Assembly (NCBI RefSeq): GCF_035084215.1
Contig: NC_090326.1
Location: 92,690,001-92,754,000, forward strand
From: Heptranchias perlo
Lineage: Eukaryota
Length of the DNA stretch: 64,000 nucleotides
Reading direction: 5' to 3'
The notes under the pieces were generated by a model. The model searched no databases. It saw nothing but the letters and a program-made list of their open reading frames with translations, and was not told the origin of the DNA. The position numbers were made by a program, and so were the translations under genes. Shown here piece by piece: positions 49,976-61,532 of this stretch (positions are counted from its first letter, which is position 1; every line of letters begins with the position of its first letter).

Positions 49976-51982
49976 TGCTTTCTCTTAATATGACAAAGTA
50001 ATCCTTTGTGACGTTGGATTGGCTTATCCTTAAGAGTATTTGGATTTGTGCTATCAAAATGCCCTTTTCAGAACAAAAAGAGCTACTGTAGTAATTATGT
50101 TTGTAATTTTGATCCTTAGAAATATGCTGACATCAGTATTTCACGTGCCCCACCTCGCAAGCAAATGCAAACTGTACGACCATATTAGTGCTCTCTTGCT
50201 GTACTGTAAGTGCACATTAAAAAAAAAATCTAAGAATACCAAAAATGCTTGGAAAGTCAATCAGTATCTGAAAGAGAAACGGCAGCTTAACATTTCAGCT
50301 GGGTTCTAATAAATAGCCCTACCCAAAATGTTAACCTATCTTCTCTTGCTCTCTTGCTAACTGACCTATGACCATCCAGCATTTTCTGTTTTACCCCCAG
50401 GTATGGGTCCACAATATTTTGGCACTTACGTTTCACTCAACCCACAATGGAATAAGAGCCACATGTGCCTCATGTCTTCTGCCATATTTGCTAGTGTAGT
50501 ACCAATTGCAGCATGCTGCAGTTACAAAGTTATGCAACATGCTTGCTGAGTATCAGTCAATGGTGACAAGGGTAGTTAAAACTGAGGTACAGACCATTCT
50601 GTATTGGCAGCTTTGATAAAAAAACATTTACTTAGGTTTTAGTTTATGCTGCATTTAAAAGTCTGGAAGGTATACTGAGAGTTGTAATCTGTTAAATCAA
50701 GCAACACAATATGTCCGACTGTAACCTCGATTTAAAAAAAAATACAAAAATAGGCCCTCGATACCTATTTCCCCAAAAGGCTATATCTACAGTTCAAAAA
50801 TGTAACTCCAAGCTGAGTTTTGTGCATAATAATTTTGGTTTAATGTTACATTAGTTTCACCCTTAAGAATCTTCAGCAAGTTTATCAGTGCAATTTCACG
50901 CACAGCAAATCTTTGCTGAGTCATCAAGGTAAGGCACCAAGTGAAGGCTCAACAATGGGGCACAAATTGGAGGGCAGCCATCTGCATTGATCTTGCACAT
51001 CTCCCAGAGACAGTTATAATGGTAGAAGACTGGAAACAGTCCGGCTTCCCTTGACATCGGTATTTTGTTTGCCCCACCCCATTATTAATATAATCCTTTT
51101 TACCATGGATAAAAAGAAAAACTGAATGCCAAAAATGCACAGAGGATCAATCAGAATCTGAACGAGAGAATGAAGTTTAACATTCATAAATTAAATCTCC
51201 CTCAAACACTTTTATAGAGTCCTTCTAACATACATCTTTGTAAATTGGAAGTAGTCAAAATTGAGCATTTTGTATTGAATCTCTGTTTCTGTACTATGGA
51301 GATACTAATGCCCTTCCAAACAAAGTAACAAAAGTAAGATACAATGAACTTGGCAACCAACTGAATGAGATAAGAAATTGCTATTTACTAATTGGGCCTG
51401 TGACTCTGGCTTAGTCTGAGGTTACGCAATTTCTAATTACTTGAATTAAGCGGAAAAAGGACCTGCTAATCTATCTGACCTAACTGCTGATTAGCGCAAT
51501 TCAATCCAATATATTAGAGATCAAAATCTAGAAGTAATCCAGATACTAGCTGCATAGGCCATTCAGTGTACAAACTATGAATTTACACCAAGTATTAGGC
51601 TTAGGTTCAGACATCAGACAAAAATCTACTAATCTTGAATGTACTTATTCCACTCAATTTCTAATGCAGTGGAATGCCCTACATCCCATTTTGATCAATT
51701 ATCCACTTCAATCTGATCTTACAGTTCATATTACAATTCACACGTAAACTATATCATTACCCATGGTTTGATTCCACAGAAACAGATTTTGTGGAAAGCT
51801 GTCGCAAATTGGAATTTTATTCTGTCGTGTTCTTTAAAAAGTTACTTATATTAATTTATACAATCTGGCCCCATATCCAAGGTCGGTCCAATTAGTAAAT
51901 TGTGATTGTTTGTTGTAGTTTCTTAAAATGTATACATACTGACCAAAGGAAATGAAAACCAAGTGTTAGTAAAATCACATAC

Positions 51983-52036
51983 CTTTAGAAATATAGTTTT
52001 CAGTTCAACTGGACTTGCTTCCTTGGTCAAATCCAA
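51983..52036 (-). CDS. SLC25A13: Aspartate/glutamate carrier coding exon, equivalent to human exon 2
   Basis: ttttttttccag|TTG GAT TTG ACC AAG GAA GCA AGT CCA GTT GAA CTG AAA ACT ATA TTT CTA AAG|gtatgt = LDLTKEASPVELKTIFLK, versus citrin VALTKRADPAELRTIFLK (aralar ends RNIFLQ). 54 bp, phase 0. Exon 1 was not found in the window. Confidence 0.9.
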
Positions 52037-52129
52037 CTGGAAAAAAAATAAAGTGCTGTTAACAGACAAATTTCAAAACAGCAGCATATAGTACTCCTCC
52101 TTGATGCGTAAATGACCAAATAAAATGAC

Positions 52130-52390
52130 ACAACAGGTTAGATTTATATTAAGCTTAGTTAAAAGGATGGGTTTTGACATTTTTAAAGGTGAAGGGAAAA
52201 ACAGAGAGGCAGAGGGGATTAGGGAGGGAATTAGAGAGTAGGCCTAAAACATCTTACGACTCAGTCAATGGTAGGGTGATGGTATGGGCGCATGAGGCAG
52301 AGCCATGAGGACTGAAGGGTCCAGGGAGGAACACAAGGTTGAATGCAGAACGGGGAAAGGCCATGGAGGGATTTCAGCATTGACAACTCT
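52130..52390 (-). mobile_element. Old L2 3' fragment just upstream of the 54-bp exon
   Basis: AAGCTTAGTTAAAAGGATGGGTTTT...GAGGGGATTAGGGAGGGAATT resembles the reverse complement of the L2 end at 23085-23170. Confidence 0.55.
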
Positions 52391-53650
52391 ATCCTTTCAG
52401 CTGATACCAAACATCTTCCTTGGAAAAACATGTAGCCTCTGTTTCTGTATTTTCATTACAGCACGAGGCACACAACATCTAAACACTTCTAAACTAACTC
52501 TAGGATTTTCTTCCCAATTAAACTGCTTGTGAATCTCAAACTGCTTCCAGAAGGTGAGTACATTTTCAACTGCAAACTTCTCTGCATCAGTTATCAAAAG
52601 CATCTCAAGAGGGACACGCCCTTCTCCCCGGTTGCACTCCATCTTACTAAATATCATGCTATAGAGCATTTCAGACACGCAGCTGAAGACTACAGTACTA
52701 TCAGATTAATCAAAATCAACATGCCAATATGGTGTTAAACAAAAGAGACACTGACAATCCCACTAATTGTTATGAGCAAACCAATTTCACCTTGCTGTTA
52801 ATTTTAATTTATTCAAAAAGTTAAAGGAATACTCCAGGATAAATCTCAATGATGGAGTTGAGTACTCATGTTCAGTACTTATCGCCAACTCTTATTTATT
52901 TAAACATTTTCTTAAAAACCTGTAGTGACTAATGATAAGGCTCAAAGACCTCACCTTAAGGTATTTCATAGACTGGGTATGAAAATATGGCACCTTATCA
53001 CTAAGGGTCTTGCCTCCCACCAATCTGGAGTGCTGTGGGGAGGTTGGGAACTGAGGCTGAAATGCAGTAACAGTCTCAAAAGGGGGTTCCTTTAGAGCAA
53101 ATCTGCTTATTTTCAGTACCCATTGGCAAGTGTGCTCAGCTCAATATTGCAATCATGAACCTAATCACACAGTAATATATTCATCATGTTACTATGGTCT
53201 GAGATCAAAGGCAAAAAAACTAACCCTAAAAAAGGGAAGACTAAGTTCTTCCTCTTCATTTCAAATTTTAATTTTAGGCTTAAAAAATTTAATCCAATTT
53301 ACATCTAGTCCTTGGTTCCTAAATTTCAGTCATATTTTAAAGCAGATGTCAAAAATTTAGTTTTTACTTTCCATATTTCCTTCTAGTCTTTTCAGCATTT
53401 TTTTTTGAAAACATGCATCATAAATGTCATTTTTTAATCACTTCTTACATAACATTTCTTATGAATTTGTGAGTTAAGAAATAATAAACTGATACTGCAA
53501 TGTCAACTAAAACTTTAATCATCAGTTTCAATTTCCAACATCTGTTCCAAAAGTTCTGGACCATTGATTAAAATTATTTCTAGAACTAAGGGCATGTAGC
53601 TTCATGAGAAATTTAATCATAATTTTCATCTTAGTTGATGAAAATACATT

Positions 53651-54430
53651 GACCCAGAAATTGCTTGGAGTGGTGAATCAACAATGCTCGCCGCTCCATA
53701 GATTTTTACTAACCCACTAATTTACCGCTGTCTTCACTGGGTGCACTTCCTCTAATAGGAAGCAGAGAAGAGCCCAGCGTTAGCTCCAGTGAAGCTAGGA
53801 CCCATAGGAGAAACGAGAGGATCGATCTCTCCCCTCGAACAATCAGATCGTAGCATTTTTGACAAGCTGCGAAACTTTCAGCAAACTGGAACGTAAAATC
53901 CAGGAAGTGAAAGGTACAACATTAAAATCATTGTAAAAACAGTTATAGACGGCGAAAAAAGAGAGGGTAAAAAATAATCAAATTAAATAAAAGAGACAGA
54001 AGGGAAAAGTAAAAAAAAAATTTTACATTTTTTTTAATAAAAGGATTTTAATGACCAAAAACTATTAATAAGGAGTAATGAGACTCCACATTTTTAAAAG
54101 TTAATTTTTAGTTGTTTGGCCGTCATTAAGACTAACTGCACTGTTAAAAACTTAGTTTAGACCTGGTACTTTTAAGCATACCTGTTTGTGGCGATATTAG
54201 TTACTTTCCAGCTGGGCACATGAGCAAGTTGGCGCTGGTCCGTTGTTTCCACTGATTCCCCCTGGCAATATCCCTTTAATGCAAAGCTGTCATATCGCCA
54301 ACGAACCAGGAGGAGCAAGTTCCGGATTTCCGCGTTTCACTGCACATGTGCGAACGTCAGAACTTGCTCCACGATTTCGCCACTAACAACGATGAGCCAT
54401 GCTCACCATTCTTTAAGCACTTTCTGGGCC
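53651..54430. mobile_element. ~780-bp MITE, copy 2
   Basis: TIRs GACCCAGAAATTGCTT and AAGCACTTTCTGGGCC; internal homology to 31312-32083. Confidence 0.82.
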
Positions 54431-55005
54431 AATAATTTTAAATCGACAAATATTTGCCTGTTTCGTTGACTAAAGCAACACTTTAGATGATACTTTTTAT
54501 TGTCATTTGTGTAGTGTAAGTGATATTGTCAGGATCCAATGTTACTAATACTAAATGCTACCCAATAACTTAATTGCATAAAAGTACTACATAAAATTAA
54601 ATAGAACCCACAGCACAGAAACAGGCCATTCAGTCCATCTGGTCTATGTTAGTGTTTATACTTCAGAGGAGCTTCCTCCCACTCTACTTATCTCTTCCCA
54701 CCCTGCCTCCGTATCCCTCTAGTCCCTTCTCCTTCACATATGCATCAAGCCTTCCCTTAAATGTGTCAATGCTATCTACTTCAACCACTCCATGTTGCAG
54801 CGAGTTCCACATTCTTACCAAGAAATTCCTCCCAAATTCTTTATTTGATCTGTTAGTGGCTATCTTATATTTATGCCCCCGTGTTCTAAACTCATCCACA
54901 AGTGGAAACAGTTTCTCTATATCCACCTTATCGAACCCCTTAATAATTTTAAAGACCTCTTGGTCTTCTTTTCCGGTGTAGTCTAACCAAGTTCTACATA
55001 AATAT

Positions 55006-55049
55006 TAGGAATCTTACAACACCAGGTTATCCACATCTCCACATCATGG
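55006..55049. mobile_element. 44-bp Penelope-like micro-insertion with 12-bp target-site duplication
   Basis: CTACATAAATAT at 54994-55005 and 55050-55061 flanks TAGGAATCTTACAACACCAGGTTAT+CCACATCTCCACATCATGG; the first part is the reverse complement of the 14022-14047 sequence. Confidence 0.75.
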
Positions 55050-55904
55050 CTACATAAATATAACATCACATTCCTGCTTTTGTATTCTATTGCTCTAGAA
55101 ATGAACCCCAGTAAGTAGTTTGCACTTTTGATGGCCTTATCAACTTGCTACTTTTACGAATTTATGTATCTGTATTCCAGATCACTTTGCTCCTTTACCC
55201 CATTTAGTTTCTTATCTTCCAAAGAACAAGTCTCTCTATTTCTTCTAGCAAAATGAACCACTTCACACTTTGCTATATTGAATTTAATTTGCCATTTATC
55301 AGTCCACTCTGAAAGCCTGTTTATCTCTGCCTGTATTTTGGTGCAATCTCCCACATTAACAACTATATTCCCCAATTTGGTACCACCTTCAAATTTCAAC
55401 ACCATACCTTCAGCTTCTGAGTCGAAAACATGTATATGGTGAACATGGGTCCCAGCACGAATCCCTGCAGGACCCAACTCCCTACTTTCTGCCAGTCTGA
55501 GAAACTTTCCCTCACTCCTACCCTCTAATTTCTAGTCATCTTTCAATCCATTCTGCTACCTGCCCGACTCCATACGCCCTGACCTTGTCATGAGTCGCTT
55601 ATGTGGCACCTCATCAAAAGCCTTCTGAAAGTCCATGTATGCCAAATCCACTGCATTGCTTTTGTCTACTCTTTGTTATTTCATCAAAGAATTCAATAAA
55701 GTTGGTTAAACATAACCTTCCTTTTAGAAATCCATACTGACTTTATTATATTCTCCATCTCTGGATAATCTGTTATCTCATCTTTTAACAAAGATTCTAG
55801 TATCTTTCCTACCGCTGAAATTAAGCTAACATAGCTCCCAGGGTTAGTTCTATCTCCATTTTTGAAGATAGAGTTACATTTTCTGTTCACCAATCCACTG
55901 GTAC

Positions 55905-56232
55905 TTTTTTTTAAAATTCGTTCACGGGATGTGGGCGTCGCTGGCGAGGCCAGCATTTATTGCCCATCCGTAATTGCCCTTGAGAAGGTGGTGGTGAGCC
56001 GCCATCTTGAACCGCTGCAGTCCGCGTGGTGAAGGTTCTCCCACAGTGCTGTTAGGAAGGAAGTTCCAGGATTTTGACCCAGCGACGATGAAGGAACGGT
56101 GATATATTTCCAAGTCGGGATGGTGTGAGACTTGGAGGGGACCGTGCAGGTGGTGTTGTTCCCACGTGCCTGCTGCTCTTGTCCTTCTAGGTGGTAGAGG
56201 TCGGGGGTTTGGGAGGTGCTGTCGAAGAAGCC
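55905..56232 (-). mobile_element. Family B LINE 3' fragment with poly(A)
   Basis: RSFIVAGSKSWNFLPNSTVGEPS; homologous to 20812-21140. Confidence 0.92.
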
Positions 56233-56552
56233 TATACCTTTATCTACTGAAATTTTACATGCGGATATTAGTGCTTCTGCTATCTCCTCCCTAATGAATA
56301 TCCGCGGGTGGAATCCACCTGGACCCGGAGTCATATCCTCCTTAAGTTTGGCAAGCCTGCCTAGTATTTCCTTTCTTTCTATCTTAACTTTTGTAATAAT
56401 CCTCGATGACTTCTTCTGTTGTAGTTTCCTCTCTGTTTGCCTCAGTTTTCACTGAAGAGGCTAAGTACCTATTCAGTATCCTTGCCATTTCAGTATCATC
56501 TCCTATGAGTTTACTTGCTCATCCCTTAGTGGCCCTCTCCTAATTCTCCTTT

Positions 56553-57900
56553 ACATAGAAACATAGAAAATAGGAGGAGTAGGCCATTCCGCACTTTGAG
56601 CCTGCTCCGCTATTCAATATGATCATGGCTGATCCTCGATCTCAAGACCATATCCCCGCTCTCTCCCCATACCCCTTGATGCCTTTTGTGTCTCAAAATC
56701 TATCTGGTTCCTTCTTAAATATATTCAGTGACTTGGCCTCCACAGCCTCCTGTGGCAGAAAATTCCACAAGTTCACCACCGAGTGAAAAAATTTCTCCTC
56801 ATCTCAGTCCTAAATGTCCTACCCCGTATCTTGAGACTGTGACCCCTCGTGCTGGACACCCAAGCCAGGGGAAACATCCTCCCTGCATCCAGTCTGTCTA
56901 GCCCGGTCAGAATTTTATATGTTTCAATGAGATCCCCTCTCATTCTTCTAAACTCGAGTGAATACAGGCCGAGTCAACCCAATCTCTCCTCATACGACAG
57001 TCCTGCCATCCTAGGAATCAGTCTGGTGAACCTTTGCTGCACTCCCTCTATGGCAAGTATACCCTCTCTTAGGTAAGGAGACCAAAACTGCACACAATAC
57101 TCCAGGTGTGGTCTCACCGAGGCCCTGTGTAGTGCAGTAAGACATCCTTGCTCTTGTACTCAAATCCTCTTGCAATGAAGGCCAACATACCATTTGCCTT
57201 CCTAACTGCTTGCTGCACCTGCATATTTGCTTTCAGTGACTGGTGTACAAGGACACCCAGGTCCCTTTGTACATCAACATTTCCCAATCTATCAACATTT
57301 AAGTAATACTCTGCCTTTCTGTTTTTCCTTCCGAAGTGGATAACTTCACATTTATCCACATTATACTGCATCTGCCATGTATTTGTCCACTCACTTGTCC
57401 AAATCGCCTTGAAGCCTCTTTGCATCCTCCTCACAACCCCACCTAGTTTTGTGTCATCAGCAAACTTGGAAATATTATATTTGGTCCCCTCATCCAAATC
57501 ATTGATATAGATTGTGAATAGCTGGGGTAATTGATCCCTGCAGTACCCCACTAGTCACTACCTGCCACCCCGAAAAAGACCCATTTATTCCTACTCTCTG
57601 TTTCCTGTCTGTTAACCAATTTTCAATCCATGCCAGTATATTACCAACTCCATGCGCTTTAATTTTGCACACTAACCTCTTTTGTGGGACTTTATCAGAG
57701 GCCTTCTGAAAATCCAAATAAACCACATCCACTGGTTCTCCCTTATCTATTCTACCAGTTACATCCTCAAAAAACTCCAGTAGGTTTGTCAAACATGATT
57801 TCCCTTTCATAAATCCATGTTGACTTTGTCTAATCCGGTTGATATTTTCTAAGTGCCCTGTTATCACATCCTCTAGCATTTTCCCTCCTACTGATATTAG
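56553..57900 (-). mobile_element. CR1 LINE (RT and 3' UTR), same subfamily as 46600-48885
   Basis: VITGHLENINRIRQSQHGFMKGKSCLTNLLEFFE, SKFADDTKLG; tail (ACATAGAA)x2. Confidence 0.95.
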
Positions 57901-59456
57901 TATCGCCCATGATAATAATCCTGTTACTTATGTGCCTATAGAATACTTTACTATTCTTTTTATATCCCTTGATATTTTCACTTTATATTTCTTCTTTGCC
58001 TTCCTAATGGCTTTTTAACCTTTCTCCTAAGCTCATCATATTCCCTTTTATCATCCTCTCCTTTATTGTTTATGTACTGTCCATATGTCTTTTCTCTTTA
58101 GATTCAATTTTATCCTCACCTCTTTATTTATCCATGGCATCTCATTCTTCACAAGTTTGTTCTTATTAGTTTAGTGGAATATATTTGTCCTGAACTCTTA
58201 GTATCTTCTTTAAATATTGCCCACTGTTGTTCAACTTCTTTGTGAATATTTTTCTCCAGTTTACCTTCCTTAGCTCCATCTGCATTCACTTATAGTTGGC
58301 TTTTTTTCCAACCTATTACTTTGGTCTTTCTCCTATCTATACCTCTCTCAATCATTATCTTAAACCTTATTCTATTGCGATCATTAATTCCAACGCTTAC
58401 TTTTCTTATCGACTTCGGTTCATTTCCCATTGTTAGACCTACTTCCTAGTTGGTCATCTTACATACTTGGGTCAGAAAGGAGTCTTGTACATACTGTAAA
58501 AACTTCATCCCTTTCACTCTCTCTCTCCCTGCCAAATTATTTGGGAGTAGTTGAAATTGCCCATGATAATGATTGTGTTTTTCACTCATTTCATATATTT
58601 GCCTACAAATTTCTCCCTCCACTTCCTGTCCGCTATTTGGTGGTCTATGGTATACCCCTAATAGTGTGACCAATCCCTTTCTGTTATCTCAATCCATATG
58701 GATTCTGTTTATATCTTTGCTAGTTATATAATTTCTTGCTCCTGCCATTGTATTATTACTAACAGTTACCCCAGCATCCTCCCTTCCTGATCATTTCTAA
58801 AAACATTATAGCCTGCAATATTTTAACTGCCAATCTTGTCCAATCTGCAGTTATGTTTCCATTATCCCTATTACATTTTTTTCCTCACTTCTAATTATTG
58901 CCTCAATGGGTGTGAGTGCTTCAGTAAAACAAAAAGTCCAGAACCAGGACTGTGCTACTGAAAAGGCTTCAGTTAATCTTTTATTCTCCTTTGCGAATGC
59001 AAAGCTATTAAGATATGTTATCTATAAGCAATACACACCAAGAGTGTTTGCAAGCTTACTTGTGTATGTTAGCATGCACATAAAGATGCTGAAATTAGGA
59101 TTCCAAACTAACAGTATCCACATGCCTCAAGGCATTAAAATAGAATGGTAATTTAGTTAAAAAAGCCAGATTTTAACTAAGCGTGGGAATCATAAAAGCA
59201 GGGGGGTGGACAGCAATCTTCCATAACATTTTAACTCCCAGGCCTCTAACATTTGATGGGCGGGCTGCCCTCCTGATCACCGCAATTCCCGACTGTACTT
59301 AGAGCGGGGATACACCTGTTATGGCAAGGTTGCATCCTCTGCTTGCATTTTCCAGTTAACCACTGCAGGGATGAGTCAAAGAGCTGCCCCCACTTTCCTA
59401 ACGCCTTCCGCGAGGTCCCAGGCGAGGAAATGAGGGCTAGGAGGGAGGTTACTTTG

Positions 59457-60322
59457 CCAAAGGCTATGGGCCCCGACAACATCCCGGCTGTAGTGAAGAC
59501 ATGTGCTCCAGAACTAGCCGCGCCTCTAGCCAAGCTGTTCCAGTACAGCTGCAACACTGGCATCTACCCGACAATGTGGAAAATTGCGCAGGTATATCCT
59601 GTCCACAAAAAGCAGGGCAAATCCAATCCAGCCAATGACCGCCCCATCAGTCTACTCTCAATCATCAGCAGAGTGATGGAAGGTGTCGTCGACAGCGCAA
59701 TCAAGCGGCACTTACTCACCAATAACCTGCTCACCGATGCTCAGTTTGGGTTCCGCCAGGACCACTCGGCTCCAGACCTCATTACAGCCTTGGTCCAAAC
59801 ATGGACAAAAGAGCTGAATTCCAGAGGTGAGGTGAGAGTGACTGCCCTTGACATCAAGGCAGCATTTGACCGAGTGTGGCACCAAGGAGCCCTAATAAAA
59901 TTGAAGTCAATGGGAATCAGGGAAAACTCTCCAGTGGCTGGAGTCATACCTAGCACAAAGGATGATGGTAGTGGTTGTTGGTGGCCAATCATCTCAGCCC
60001 CAGGACATTGCTGCAGGAGTTCCTCAAGGCAGTGTCCTAGGCCCAACCATCTTCAGCTACTTCATCAATGACCTTCCCTCCGTCATAAGGTCAGAAATGG
60101 GGATGTTCGCTGATGACTGCACAGTGTTCAGTTCCATTCGCAACCCCTCAGATAATGAAACAGTCCGAGCCCGCATGCAGCAAGACCTGGACAACATCCA
60201 GGCTTGGGCTCGTAAGTGGCAAGTAACATTCGCGCCAGACAACGACCATCTCCAACAAGAGAGTGTCTAACTACCTCCCCTTGATATTCAACGGCATTAC
60301 CATCGCCGAATCCCCCACCATC
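59457..60322 (+). mobile_element. Family B LINE RT segment, interrupted at its 3' side by the CR1
   Basis: KAMGPDNIPAVV.KTCAPELA, ALDIKAAFDRVWH, GVPQGSVLGP, MFADD; closely similar to 14048-14870. Confidence 0.93.
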
Positions 60323-60549
60323 TACTTATCTACAGTAACTAAAGTAAAAAGAAAGGGAAGGTCTGCAGGCCTTATAGGAAGTAGCGTTTATTTTTTAGTG
60401 AATCAAGGTCCCGAGTGTAGTTAACATTCTCTAAATTAAGAACAATTTAAAGGAATAAACTCCTTAAAGGGAGTGGGGTAAGTAGTTTTTCTTTCCTTTT
60501 TTTTCTCTTGACATTGTAGTTGTTGTTAAGCTAACTTAAGGGTTAAGTC

Positions 60550-61497
60550 ATGGCAGGAGATCCCACAGCCGTGTCATGTTCCTCTTGTGGGATGTGGGAA
60601 TTCAGGGATCCTTCCTGTATCCCTGATTCCTTCACCTGCGGGAAGTGTGTCCAGCTGCAGCTATTGTTTGACCGCTTGACGGCTCTGGAGCTGCGGATGG
60701 ACTCACTTTGGAGCATCCGCGATGCTGAGAAAGTCGTGGATAGCACGTTCAGTGAGTTGGTCACACCGCAGATAAAAATTACTGAGGGAGATAGTGAATG
60801 GGTGACCAACAGACAGAGGAAGAGTAGGAAGGCAGTGCAGGGGTCCCCTGCGGTCATCTCCCTCCAAAACAGGTATACCGTTTTGGATACTGTTGGGGGA
60901 GATGGCTCACCAGGGGAAGGTGGCAGTGGCCAGGTTCATGGCACCGTGGCTGGCTCTGCTGCACAGGAGGGCAGGAAAAAGAGTGGCAGAGCTATAGTGA
61001 TAGGGGACTCGATTGTAAGGGGAATAGACAGGCGTTTCTGCGGACGCAACCGAGACTCCAGGATGGTATGTTGCCTCCCTGGTGCAAGGGTCAAGGATGT
61101 CTCGGAGCGGCTGCAGGACATTCTGGAGGGGGAGGGTGAACAGCCAGTTGTCGTGGTGCATATAGGCACCAACGATATAGGTAAAAAACAGGATGAGGTC
61201 CGACAAGCTGAATTTAGGGAGTTAGGAGTTAAACTAAAGAGTAGGACCTCAAGGGTAGTAATCTCAGGATTGCTACCAGTGCCACAGGCTAGTCAGAGTA
61301 GGAATGACAGGATAGCTCGGATGAATACATGGCTTGAGAGATGGTGCAAGAGGGAGGGATTCAAATTCCTGGGACATTGGAACCGGTTCTGGGGGAGGTG
61401 GGACCAGTACAAATTGGACGGTCTGCATCTGGGCAGGACTGGAACCAATGTCCTAGGGGGAGTGTTTGCTAGTGCTGTTGGGGAGGGTTTAAACTAA
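60550..61497 (+). CDS. CR1 ORF1 protein (N-terminal CxxC..CxxC zinc finger/coiled coil plus SGNH/GDSL esterase-like domain)
   Basis: Intact 315-aa ORF: CSSC...CGKC, IVIGDSIVR, VHIGTND, DGLHL. Confidence 0.93.
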   Translation: MAGDPTAVSCSSCGMWEFRDPSCIPDSFTCGKCVQLQLLFDRLTALELRMDSLWSIRDAEKVVDSTFSELVTPQIKITEGDSEWVTNRQRKSRKAVQGSPAVISLQNRYTVLDTVGGDGSPGEGGSGQVHGTVAGSAAQEGRKKSGRAIVIGDSIVRGIDRRFCGRNRDSRMVCCLPGARVKDVSERLQDILEGEGEQPVVVVHIGTNDIGKKQDEVRQAEFRELGVKLKSRTSRVVISGLLPVPQASQSRNDRIARMNTWLERWCKREGFKFLGHWNRFWGRWDQYKLDGLHLGRTGTNVLGGVFASAVGEGLN

Positions 61498-61532
61498 TAT
61501 GGCAGGGGGATGGGAACCGATGCAGGAAGTCA

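Larger units (their letters stand above)
54600..58900 (-). mobile_element. Old CR1 LINE (EN to 3' UTR) hosting three nested insertions
   Basis: LLGVYHRPPNS (EN, about 58650), TPGPGGFHPRI, VSLISAVGKILESLLKD, WQIKFNIAKCEVVHF, MWNSL and a 3' end at about 54600, all collinear on the minus strand. It may be more than one element. Confidence 0.75.

Noticed and set aside
374-59151. The many 60-140 aa ORFs in the ORF track as novel genes
   Set aside because: They are frameshifted TE pieces, antisense translations of TEs or low-complexity chance ORFs; the real host exons are too short to appear in the track.
59368-59450. HDV-like ribozyme upstream of the family B RT segment
   Set aside because: A P3/L3-like GCC-TTCCGCGA-GGT is present, but I could not build a 7-bp P1 together with an adjacent P2 and a correctly placed catalytic C.
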